From NCBI GenBank assembly GCA_937944105.1, contig CALDZP010000003.1:19163-83162 (forward strand): a DNA stretch of 64,000 bases, given 5' to 3'. Each line of letters starts with the position of its first letter. The first letter of the stretch is position 1. The notes under the pieces were generated by a model. It ran no database searches. It saw only the letters and a program-made list of their open reading frames with translations, and was not told where the DNA came from. A program made the translations under genes and the position numbers. This DNA comes from an uncultured Ignavibacteria bacterium. Its GTDB lineage: Bacteria > Bacteroidota > Ignavibacteria > Ch128b. Below are positions 50,939 through 59,596 of this stretch, piece after piece.

Positions 50939-52795
50939 TCACATTGTATAAAACTCTTCATCACTTAACATTTTAAATACAGCCTCTATTCTACCAAGAG
51001 GAGCTGAAATTTGTACTCCATTTACTTCAGAACGAATGTAATCGTAAGTTTCTTTTGCTATTTTAACTCCTTCATCGAAAGCTGCTTCTTTGGATATCTC
51101 TTGAGCTTTTTTCATTCGGTTCATAATTTCAATTGGCACCGAAGCGCCCGGAACTTCATTATTCATAAACTCAGCATTTCGATAAGATACCAAAGGCCAT
51201 ATTCCAACAATAAGTGGCAATTTGTAATGTTCAACTTTTTTCATAAAGTTTTCGAGTATTCTAATATCAAAGACAGGTTGTGTAATCATATATTCAGCTC
51301 CAGCCTGTACTTTCCAGTCTAATCGTCTCAATTCTTCATCAAGATTTATCGCTCCAGGATTCACTCCAACACCAATTGAAAAACCAGTTGCTTCCCCAAT
51401 TGGATTTCCTGCAAGATCAAGTCCATGATTCAAGCGATTCAATAAATTCACCAAGCCAATAGAATCAACATCAAATACGGCAGTTGCATCTGGATAATTT
51501 CCAAGTTTAGGCGGATCACCCGTGATTGCCAAAATATTTCTTATACCAAGTGCCCAGGCACCGAGTAAATCTGATTGCATACCGATTACATTTCTATCAC
51601 GACAAGCGAAATGTAAAACCGTTTCAATACCCACTTCTCTTTGGATTAAAACTGCCATTGCAAGAGCTGACATACGAGCCATTGCTCTTGGCCCATCAGG
51701 AATATTAATAGCATCAATACCAAAGTGATAAAGTTTTCTTGCTTTTTCAATTTCTTTTTTCGCAGAAACTCCTTTTGGAGAAACAATTTCAACCAATGTC
51801 ACAAATTCGTCTCTCAATAACTTATTTGAAAGCCTAGATTTTTCGTGGAGTTTGTAAACATAAATATCCTCTGTCTGTTCAACTTTTAACTCTTCGATTT
51901 TAATATCAAATTTTTTCCCTGGTTGTAGTGCCTGAACTGCTCTTCTAATTGCTTTTATATGGGATGGATTAGTTCCACAACATCCACCTACAATTACAGC
52001 ACCAGTTTGAATGAATCTTTTTGAATATTCAGCTATATATTCGGGCGATGTCATATAAATATTTCTACCACCAACATTCACAGGATAACCAGCGTTTGGC
52101 TGCACTGATAATGGTAATTCTGTTAATTCTCTCAGTTTTTCTAATGCATCGAGCATGGGTTTCGGACCAACACTGCAATTGAATCCAATTACATCAGGAT
52201 TATAATGAGAGATTTTTTCGACAAATTTCTCAAGATTTTCGCCGCTTAATAATTTACTTTCTTCGTTTACTGTTACTTGAGCAATCACTGGAAACTCTGG
52301 ATCAATTTCCTTTACTGCTCTCAACGCTTGAATAATTTCATCGGTTAATGTAAATGTTTCCAATATGATTAAATCAACACCACCATCAATTAATGGTTTA
52401 ATTTGTTCTTTAAAGAAATCTTTTGCTTCATCGTAACCAATTTTACCAAGAGGTTCAATTTGAACACCCAATGGACCAACTGAGCCAGCGACAAAAATAT
52501 TATCACCTGCAACTTCCCTTGCAAGTTTAGCTCCTGCAAAATTAATCTCATAAACTTTTTCATTCAGTCCATGTGGGGCTAGTTTGAAACGATTTGCTCC
52601 AAAAGTATTGGTTTCAATTACATCAGCACCAGCAAGTACATAATCACGATGCACCTGTTTAACAAGATCAGGATTTGTTAAATTTAACTCCTCAAAACAT
52701 CGATTAATATAAATTCCTTTTTCGTAGAGATATGTACCTGTTCCTCCATCGAAAACAATTATTTCTTTGCCAAGTCTATTTTTAAAATTTCGCAT
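50939..52795 (-). CDS. yitJ: Bifunctional homocysteine S-methyltransferase / methylenetetrahydrofolate reductase (YitJ-like)
   Basis: DGGTGT, ETNTFGAN, GFNCS.GP, PNAG.P, GGCCGT.P.HI; MTHFR part with H..CRDRN, TGDPP, TQPVFD. Confidence 0.93.
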   Translation of the reverse strand: MRNFKNRLGKEIIVFDGGTGTYLYEKGIYINRCFEELNLTNPDLVKQVHRDYVLAGADVIETNTFGANRFKLAPHGLNEKVYEINFAGAKLAREVAGDNIFVAGSVGPLGVQIEPLGKIGYDEAKDFFKEQIKPLIDGGVDLIILETFTLTDEIIQALRAVKEIDPEFPVIAQVTVNEESKLLSGENLEKFVEKISHYNPDVIGFNCSVGPKPMLDALEKLRELTELPLSVQPNAGYPVNVGGRNIYMTSPEYIAEYSKRFIQTGAVIVGGCCGTNPSHIKAIRRAVQALQPGKKFDIKIEELKVEQTEDIYVYKLHEKSRLSNKLLRDEFVTLVEIVSPKGVSAKKEIEKARKLYHFGIDAINIPDGPRAMARMSALAMAVLIQREVGIETVLHFACRDRNVIGMQSDLLGAWALGIRNILAITGDPPKLGNYPDATAVFDVDSIGLVNLLNRLNHGLDLAGNPIGEATGFSIGVGVNPGAINLDEELRRLDWKVQAGAEYMITQPVFDIRILENFMKKVEHYKLPLIVGIWPLVSYRNAEFMNNEVPGASVPIEIMNRMKKAQEISKEAAFDEGVKIAKETYDYIRSEVNGVQISAPLGRIEAVFKMLSDEEFYTM

Positions 52796-52931
52796 TTACA
52801 TTCACCATTTTATTGTAATAAATTTATAATAAAAGTTTATACTTGTCAAAATTTTTTCTTTTAATAAACAAATGAATCATCATTAAATTTTAAGCATCAA
52901 ATTAAAATAAAAACAAAAAAAGGAAAAGATC

Positions 52932-53360
52932 ATGGCAGTAAAAAAAGCTTATATGAAGCAAATAAAAGGTATTACTTTTGCAGGAAAGACAGATTCAAAT
53001 ATCTGGATTACAATGGATGGACCGGAGGAATTTGGTGGTAGTAATGCCGGAGTCCGCCCGAAAGAACTTGTTTTACTTGCTCTGGCAGGTTGTACTGGTA
53101 GTGATGTTGTATCAATTTTGCAAAAGAAAAAAGCAAAGCTTGAAGATTTCGAAATAAACATTAATGCGGAAACTCGAGAGGAACATCCTCAAGTATTTAC
53201 AAAAATTCATATTGAATATGTTTTCTATGGAAATGAATTGAAAAAAGAAGATCTTGAAAGGGCAATTGAGCTATCATCAACCAAATATTGTTCAGTTCAA
53301 GCAATGTTGAAACCTTCTGTAGAAATCACTCACTCTTACAGAATTGAACAAAAAAATTAG
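52932..53360 (+). CDS. OsmC family protein (YhfA-like)
   Basis: RPKEL.L..LAGCTG.DV, AIELS..KYCSV. Confidence 0.92.
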   Translation: MAVKKAYMKQIKGITFAGKTDSNIWITMDGPEEFGGSNAGVRPKELVLLALAGCTGSDVVSILQKKKAKLEDFEININAETREEHPQVFTKIHIEYVFYGNELKKEDLERAIELSSTKYCSVQAMLKPSVEITHSYRIEQKN

Positions 53361-53487
53361 TATAATAAATTTTTCAATGATGGATTTATATTCCTTTGAA
53401 ATATAATTAGCTATTTTTTATAGATCACTATTTTATTAAATAAACTAAACGAGTTGTTGGATTGGAAATATGTGAGTATTAAATATT

Positions 53488-53563
53488 TGGCTGCCCCGCC
53501 AGGGCTCGAACCTGGAGTCTTCTGATCCAGAGTCAGACGTGTTGCCAATTACACCACGGGGCA
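53488..53563 (-). tRNA. tRNA-Gln (anticodon CTG) with encoded CCA
   Basis: Reverse complement TGCCCCGTGGTGTAATTGGCAACACGTCTGACTCTGGATCAGAAGACTCCAGGTTCGAGCCCTGGCGGGGCAGCCA folds as a cloverleaf: anticodon stem TCTGA/TCAGA, loop CT-CTG-GA, T-loop GTTCGA. Confidence 0.97.
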
Positions 53564-53590
53564 AAGTGTAAAATTACTAACAAGCCAAAG

Positions 53591-53598
53591 CAAATTTA
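53591..53598 (-). promoter_or_regulatory. -7 element (TAAATTTG) of tRNA-Gln
   Basis: Exact TAnnTTTG match 27 nt upstream of the tRNA 5' end. Confidence 0.6.
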
Positions 53599-53741
53599 TC
53601 ATATTAAGTAAAATTCTCAAAAATTATCTATTCAACGATATTTGAAAACAATATGATTAATAAATCATGAGAAAAAATTTTTCTCAAATGGTAAAAAATT
53701 TGATTAAAAATTTTTAGATTAAATTAAAAAACAAACTAAAA

Positions 53742-54599
53742 ATGAATTTTATAATCCAATCGATACTTTACACATTAATATCATCTATTTTGTTAGTGAG
53801 TGTAGATTCCCATGAATTTTTTGTTGAGAAGTTTATTCCCTTAAAAATCTCGGTTGATGGTTTTTCAATAAACGAGAATAAAAAATTTATTTTCCTTATT
53901 TCACAGGAAAGAAATGAACTAATTAAGATTGATCTGGATGGTGTTGTCATAAGGAATGTTGGTGGATTCGGATGGAATAATGGCCAATTTGATTTTCCGT
54001 CGAGTATCGTTTCAACCGCATTAGATATCTATGTATCAGATTATAATAATCATAGAATTCAGAGATTTGATAGTAATTTAAATTTCATTTCATCGCTTGA
54101 GCGCTCAGATCAGATAAATTTTGAATTTCCAATTTCAATTTCACTCTCCACTAAAGGTGATTTATACATTCTTGATTCAAGGAATAAAAGAATTTTAAAG
54201 ATTAATGAATTTAATAGACTCGAAAGAATTTTTGGAAATTATGAAACAGGTAAAACTCTTTTCTCAAATCCAACATTGATTAAAGTAGACAATGAACAGA
54301 AAGTTTATGTCCTTGATAGAAAAAATATTTTCATATTTGATCAATTTGGAATCTATTTGAAGACTATCACACTACCAGAAAACTTTAAAGAAAATTTAGT
54401 TGATTTTTATCCAGATCAAAACAAATTCATCTTATTAACTTCAAAAAATTTATACAAATTGAATAATAATGAGATTGTAAAGATAAACTTAACAGAATAT
54501 CAAAACCTGGAATTATCATTTAAGAGAATTGAATTTAAATTGGGGAGATATTTTATATTGACTTCAGAAGGTATTTTAATTTGTAAAGAAAAAAATTAA
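53742..54599 (+). CDS. NHL-repeat beta-propeller protein
   Basis: GQFDFPS, IYVSDYNNHRIQRFD, G.LYILDS.N.RI repeats. Confidence 0.82.
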   Translation: MNFIIQSILYTLISSILLVSVDSHEFFVEKFIPLKISVDGFSINENKKFIFLISQERNELIKIDLDGVVIRNVGGFGWNNGQFDFPSSIVSTALDIYVSDYNNHRIQRFDSNLNFISSLERSDQINFEFPISISLSTKGDLYILDSRNKRILKINEFNRLERIFGNYETGKTLFSNPTLIKVDNEQKVYVLDRKNIFIFDQFGIYLKTITLPENFKENLVDFYPDQNKFILLTSKNLYKLNNNEIVKINLTEYQNLELSFKRIEFKLGRYFILTSEGILICKEKN

Positions 54600-54626
54600 A
54601 AGCCGCAAGATCAAGCGGCTTTTAAT
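54595..54626 (+). terminator. Hairpin terminator between the convergent NHL gene and rpmB
   Basis: ATTAAAAGCCGC-AAGATCAA-GCGGCTTTTAAT 12-bp inverted repeat; the right arm overlaps the last rpmB codons. Confidence 0.7.
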
Positions 54627-54802
54627 ACTTTCCCGGATTTTATACAATTTGTACACACTTTAATTGTTTTTACAGATTTACCAACTTTAGCCCTTACTTT
54701 TTGCAAATTTGGTAACCATCTTCTTCTTGTTCTATTATGCGCATGAGATACATTGTTACCATACATGGGCTTTTTACCACATATTTCACATATTCTAGCC
54801 AT
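54611..54802 (-). CDS. rpmB: 50S ribosomal protein L28
   Basis: [31 protein letters not shown]...[11 protein letters not shown]. Confidence 0.97.
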   Translation of the reverse strand: MARICEICGKKPMYGNNVSHAHNRTRRRWLPNLQKVRAKVGKSVKTIKVCTNCIKSGKVLKAA

Positions 54803-54828
54803 AAATTTTTTCCTTTCATTTTGAAAAG

Positions 54829-54836
54829 CAAATTTA
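54829..54836 (-). promoter_or_regulatory. -7 element (TAAATTTG) of rpmB
   Basis: Exact TAnnTTTG match 26 nt upstream of the rpmB ATG. Confidence 0.6.
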
Positions 54837-54902
54837 TGAACTGATTTTTTTTATTCCAAATAAAAAATCTCTATTAACTTTCTTAATTTCAATTAAGAAA
54901 TC

Positions 54903-55364
54903 ATGAAAAAGTCAACAAAAATAAATTTAATTTATCTACTAATTACAATTTCAAGTTTTATTTTTCTATCATTAACTTTTTCTTTCGTTTTTATAAAAGA
55001 TTTTTACATGATTTCCTTTCTAAAAAATTTTTACGGTCAGATTTGCCATCAAATAGAAAAAAGGTCATTTTTTGTTTTTTCCAAGCCGATGTTAATCTGC
55101 TCAAGATGTTCAGGAATTTTTGGAGGTTTCTTAACTCTATTTCTATTCGTTACTTTCTTTTCATCATTAAGAAAATGGTTAGATAAATTGAACTATAAAA
55201 TAATATTATTATTTTCATTACCTTTATTAATCGATTGGATTTTGAATTTTATTTTCAAAGTTGAATCTACTAATTTCGTGAGGTTTTTAACTGGTTTTTT
55301 ATTTTCAATTATACCAGTTTATTTCATTAATAATTTAATATTGCAACAAGAAAGAGATGATTAA
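54903..55364 (+). CDS. DUF2085 family membrane protein
   Basis: ICHQ...RSF...ICSRCSGI..G, P..ID, STN..R..TG. Confidence 0.85.
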   Translation: MKKSTKINLIYLLITISSFIFLSLTFSFVFIKDFYMISFLKNFYGQICHQIEKRSFFVFSKPMLICSRCSGIFGGFLTLFLFVTFFSSLRKWLDKLNYKIILLFSLPLLIDWILNFIFKVESTNFVRFLTGFLFSIIPVYFINNLILQQERDD

Positions 55365-55845
55365 AAAAGAAAAATTTTTACCAGCATTAGTTTCTGGATT
55401 TAGCCTCGCTGTTATAAGTATTGTCCCAATAATCCAAGTTGCTACTTGCTGTTTATTTGCTCCACTCGCTGGGATGATTGGATTCAATATGTACTATTTA
55501 CAAGTGAAAAATCGAGAAGGATTCAAGCTGAAAAATTCTGATGGTTTTCATATCGGTATTCTTATTGGAATAATTTCAGGTTTTTTCGAGTCTATTTTTC
55601 AAACTTTACTCATCATGGTCTCAAAAGAAAATCCTGTTTATGATTCAATTATTTTAATCCAGAAATATCTTCCTGACATGTATATCCCTGAAACTATCTG
55701 GAATATTTCAAAAGAAATTGATGAAAAAAGATTTTCACTAATACTAACAACTACTATATTTTTTAATGTATTTATTGTTAACTCAATTTTTGCAACTATA
55801 GGTAGTATGTTAAGTATCTCAAGTTTAAGAAAGAAACTTTCATGA
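55357..55845 (+). CDS. Hypothetical membrane protein
   Basis: About 4 TM segments; overlaps the upstream stop, consistent with an operon. Confidence 0.7.
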   Translation: MIKKEKFLPALVSGFSLAVISIVPIIQVATCCLFAPLAGMIGFNMYYLQVKNREGFKLKNSDGFHIGILIGIISGFFESIFQTLLIMVSKENPVYDSIILIQKYLPDMYIPETIWNISKEIDEKRFSLILTTTIFFNVFIVNSIFATIGSMLSISSLRKKLS

Positions 55846-55887
55846 AATTTATCATTTTAAGAGAAAAAATTTTTAAAAAGTAGAGTA

Positions 55888-56160
55888 ATGATCGCAATTT
55901 TTCTTTTTTACATCCATTTCATTTTCGGTTTGTATGTTTTCACTAAAAGATGGCAAGAAGAAGGTTTGGGGGCAGCAATTTTAATTCTAATTTTTATCGG
56001 AATTATTTTTTCTGTTGGATGGACAATTTCTTATTTACTTGCATCATTAATTTTTCCCCCTGAGGGATTCGGTAAATTTTATAATAGAGATACAATTTCT
56101 TTGACAATAGTCACCATATTTGAATATTTCTTTTACAGAACTTATTTCAAAGTTTTATAA
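55888..56160 (+). CDS. Small hypothetical membrane protein
   Basis: 90 aa, 3 hydrophobic segments, motif IIFSVGWT. Confidence 0.65.
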   Translation: MIAIFLFYIHFIFGLYVFTKRWQEEGLGAAILILIFIGIIFSVGWTISYLLASLIFPPEGFGKFYNRDTISLTIVTIFEYFFYRTYFKVL

Positions 56161-57300
56161 AATATTTTTAATACAAAAAGGTCGAAAAAAATTTCCCCCT
56201 GAAGTTAGAAGCAATAATCGAAAGATTAAATAAGTTTCATTACTATATAATCACAATGAAATGACAGTAAGAGTTCAAACTGTAAATCCTTTTTAAAAAA
56301 AATCTCACCTTAGAATCTGAAAATCCTGTAGATGTTAACCCAAATTTATCCACAAAAAAGAGGGTATACCTGAATATTCTCTATAAATTATTTGAATGAA
56401 AATTATATTTAATAAGGTTAAAAAAGTCAAATGTAGATCTAAAACCAAAGTAGGTGACAACAAATATCAAAATGTTACTTCATTGAATAAACAAAATGTG
56501 GAATATTGACCAATGTCACAGTTTGGATATTTATCAGATCATTTTAATAAAATACAACTTTAAATGAATGAATCTTTGAGAAGATAGATTTGCTTTATAA
56601 AAAATATCAATCATAAATAAGAATTAAATGGCAATTACAGAAAACTTTAATGATATCGAAACATTGGTTAAGAAAGTTCGGATACTAAATTAAATCTGGC
56701 GATAAATTCTTGAAATATCTGAAGGAATGATCTAAGAATTACTCCCCGTCTCCAAATCAATAATCAATCAAGGTGATCCGAGTAACAGATCAAATACACA
56801 TAATTTGAAAATCAATTAAGCGAAAAAGTTAAAGTTATAATCATTGGATCAAATGAATAAGAAATTCAAACAAAAATATACGCATAACCAATTTATTGGC
56901 AATTTGGAAGCACATGCAAAATAAAACAAAGATAAAAATAATTTGAACTTCACAATCACTTTGAAATTTTAGTAAATACTGCAAATTGGTTAATAAAAAA
57001 GAAAGATTTATTATTCTCATTATCGCAATAACAGATTTTTGAGATTATCCTAATTAAAGAAGAATTCTTCAATTCATTTGCAATGACTTGCTCATTTAAT
57101 AATTATTTCTAAAAACTCTTTCTATTAGCACCATTTTATTAAAATAACTTGTATTAGTTCTTTAACCAAGATCTTGATATTTAATGAGATTTTCATGAAA
57201 AATATTAAACGAGAAAATAGGATTTTAACAATCTAAATAAGAAAGGAACTAAAAAGATTTCAAGTAAATCGAACAATAAGAAAACATAGGAAGGAATGAT

Positions 57301-57537
57301 TCAATCTTGATTATCATCAGGCGGTGTAATCATAAAAAGTTTAGAACACATTTCTCCTTTGAACTTACCTGTTTTTTTACAATTATGGAAATTTTTAATA
57401 ACAGCATCGAGATCTTTAGCATCTTCAGATACAGAAAAATTCTCGAGAGCTTCTCCGCATTCGGTACAAAATATTATATCAGATTTTTCTTCTTGAAGTT
57501 CAAGTTCAAACTTCTTTTTGTTTATTTTCTTTTTCAT
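57301..57537 (-). CDS. Small Cys-containing hypothetical protein
   Basis: 78 aa; CTEC plus two more Cys; 10 nt downstream of the previous gene. Confidence 0.65.
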   Translation of the reverse strand: MKKKINKKKFELELQEEKSDIIFCTECGEALENFSVSEDAKDLDAVIKNFHNCKKTGKFKGEMCSKLFMITPPDDNQD

Positions 57538-57547
57538 CTTGTTTCTC

Positions 57548-57859
57548 TTAGTTTTTAGGTTCCCATTCTAATCCACCACAAGGAACATAGTTTTCAGTCG
57601 GATGTTCATCAAGTTTTGTACAAAGAACTGCTGTTTCATCAAAATAAAAACAACTGCTACAAAGTGTAGAATTAATAATCGGCGATGATTTTTCTTTAAA
57701 TATATCATATTGAATCAAAGCTGGATGAATCACCACGACATAAATAGAAACAATTCCCAGTACCCACCAAGTTCCATAATCTATGTAGTAAAACAAAATC
57801 CACAATCCAGTAATTGTCAAAGCAAGGCGAACAAGCGCCCAAAAAACAATGTGTCCCAT
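57548..57859 (-). CDS. Small membrane protein with Cys-rich C-terminal domain
   Basis: Two TM helices then CSSC..C..C; GGAG RBS; TAnnTTTG motif at 57905-57912. Confidence 0.7.
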   Translation of the reverse strand: MGHIVFWALVRLALTITGLWILFYYIDYGTWWVLGIVSIYVVVIHPALIQYDIFKEKSSPIINSTLCSSCFYFDETAVLCTKLDEHPTENYVPCGGLEWEPKN

Positions 57860-57945
57860 CTCAGCTCCAATCTCTTATTCAAAAATTTGAAAGCTCTTTG
57901 CTAGCAAAAATAAGCTTAATGCAGTTTAAATATCCACATTAAAAT

Positions 57946-59586
57946 TCATCTTAAATAGATCATTTTCTTGATTTTGCTCATTGCACCCAATTGTAATTTA
58001 TAGTAATAAATTCCACCACTTAAATTATAATCTTCTGCATCAAACACTATTTCATATTTTCCTGCTCTTGCAATTTGATCGAGAACTTTTACTATTTCTT
58101 TACCGAGTAAGTTATAAATACTCAAAGAAATATTCTTTGAATCTTGCTGATCTACGATAGATTGTGGGATTGTAAAAACAATTTTTGTTCTTGAATTAAA
58201 TGGATTAGGAAAATTCTGAAATAATTCAAATTGTATAGGTAATATTTCATTCTCAACTGATGTTAATAAGATGTTAAGTTTACGATGTGAACTTGGTAAG
58301 CCCCAACCCAAACCATTATGTGCGGTTACTCTCCAAAAATAATCACCGCTCAAGTTATACCTTATAACATTTAGATTTAAGACAGTATCAACTAAAGTAG
58401 TATCAATTATTTTGTAAATAAAACCAGAATCAGATGCAATTTCCAGCCTATAAAGATCAACATCAGGAATTGATTTTGACCATACAAAACTTATATCAAC
58501 TGGATTAACCAGAATTGCTTGATCTTGAGGATAAATTAATTGTACCTGCGAAGGTAAATTCAGCGGCAAAGTTTTAAATTTATTTATGTTTGACCATTCA
58601 CTAGCAGCATAACTTGAAATTGCTTTTACTCTCCAATAGTACCATGTTTCTCTAGCTAATTTCACCAGCGATTTAAATGTATCTACTAATGTAGTGTCAG
58701 AAAATATTTTATTTGCAAAAAGACTATCAGTTGCTACTTCCAAGCCATAATTGGTAGCGTTGGAAATTCTATTCCAGCTTAAATTTAAATTAACTGGTTG
58801 GTTTGTAGAGTTATCTGGAGGATACAATGGTGAGGGTGTTGCTAAAAATATATTTGCCTTTCTAATGGCAGCCTGGTAAACCTCTTTTGTGCTTTGATTC
58901 TGAATAAAGACGACAACATGAGAATTATAAAGTTTCCATGACGAATTCCAGTTGAAAATTCTTGTGAATGTCTTTGTTTCATTTGGATTGATTGTAAATA
59001 CTTCACCAGTATGATTAGGATACATCTTTCTCATAACAAAATTATGAATCGGATCTCCATTTGTACCAGTATAATTAATATTAGATTCCACAATTGCAGT
59101 ATGTAACACAAGATTTCCTGCGGGAATAGAATTATTATCTGCTGTAACCCTTATCGTTAAATTACCACCTTGCACAGAATCAACATTACCAAGGATTTTA
59201 ATTTCGAACTGACTGGTAGTTATGATTGAATTTTGAATCAGAACAATCCAGTTACCGGCTGAAGAGGAACCATCAGCAATACCATTTACAATTCCTCTTG
59301 GTACATAGTTAGTGGAGTAATAATTTGTTCGTCCCTGATTTTCGGTGACATTTGCATGATAAAATGGATCATTACCTGGAGAAGGCCACCAAACATGATA
59401 TTTAATAACCGCCACTCTGTCTTTATTATTGTAATTTTTTAACCAGTTATCAAAATATGGATTTTGAGATGCACAGGGTGGACACGTTGTGCTTGTAAAA
59501 ATTTCGGCAAGAACTGTTCTTTCGAACGCATTTAAATTCAAGTGAACTAAAAACAAAAAAAATAGTGCAGTAAAAATTATTTTCAT
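57946..59586 (-). CDS. Omp28-related thioredoxin-fold protein with FN3-like modules and T9SS sorting domain
   Basis: VLAEIFTSTTCPPC, YH.WWP...DPF, YVP (cis-Pro-like), HNFVMRKM, VVVFIQ...KEVYQA; C-terminus QNFPNPFN...KKMIYLR. Confidence 0.88.
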   Translation of the reverse strand: MKIIFTALFFLFLVHLNLNAFERTVLAEIFTSTTCPPCASQNPYFDNWLKNYNNKDRVAVIKYHVWWPSPGNDPFYHANVTENQGRTNYYSTNYVPRGIVNGIADGSSSAGNWIVLIQNSIITTSQFEIKILGNVDSVQGGNLTIRVTADNNSIPAGNLVLHTAIVESNINYTGTNGDPIHNFVMRKMYPNHTGEVFTINPNETKTFTRIFNWNSSWKLYNSHVVVFIQNQSTKEVYQAAIRKANIFLATPSPLYPPDNSTNQPVNLNLSWNRISNATNYGLEVATDSLFANKIFSDTTLVDTFKSLVKLARETWYYWRVKAISSYAASEWSNINKFKTLPLNLPSQVQLIYPQDQAILVNPVDISFVWSKSIPDVDLYRLEIASDSGFIYKIIDTTLVDTVLNLNVIRYNLSGDYFWRVTAHNGLGWGLPSSHRKLNILLTSVENEILPIQFELFQNFPNPFNSRTKIVFTIPQSIVDQQDSKNISLSIYNLLGKEIVKVLDQIARAGKYEIVFDAEDYNLSGGIYYYKLQLGAMSKIKKMIYLR

Positions 59587-59596
59587 AAAACCTCCA

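Noticed and set aside
52796-52931. SAM riboswitch upstream of the yitJ-like gene
   Set aside because: The intergenic region is short and almost purely AT, with no SAM-I consensus elements.
53361-53741. Integrated element at tRNA-Gln
   Set aside because: No integrase and no duplicated tRNA 3' end (att site) seen; the flanking genes are housekeeping.
56346-56354. oriC call from a perfect DnaA box
   Set aside because: Only one perfect box, no dnaA nearby, and the gene-strand bias does not switch across the region.
1692-57904. Short antisense or alternate-frame ORFs in the track (e.g. 1692-1895, 8188-8436, 10243-10557, 26587-27072, 42373-42600, 51011-51322, 57307-57558)
   Set aside because: They lie within or largely overlap well-supported genes, lack RBSs and recognisable motifs, and read like shadow ORFs.
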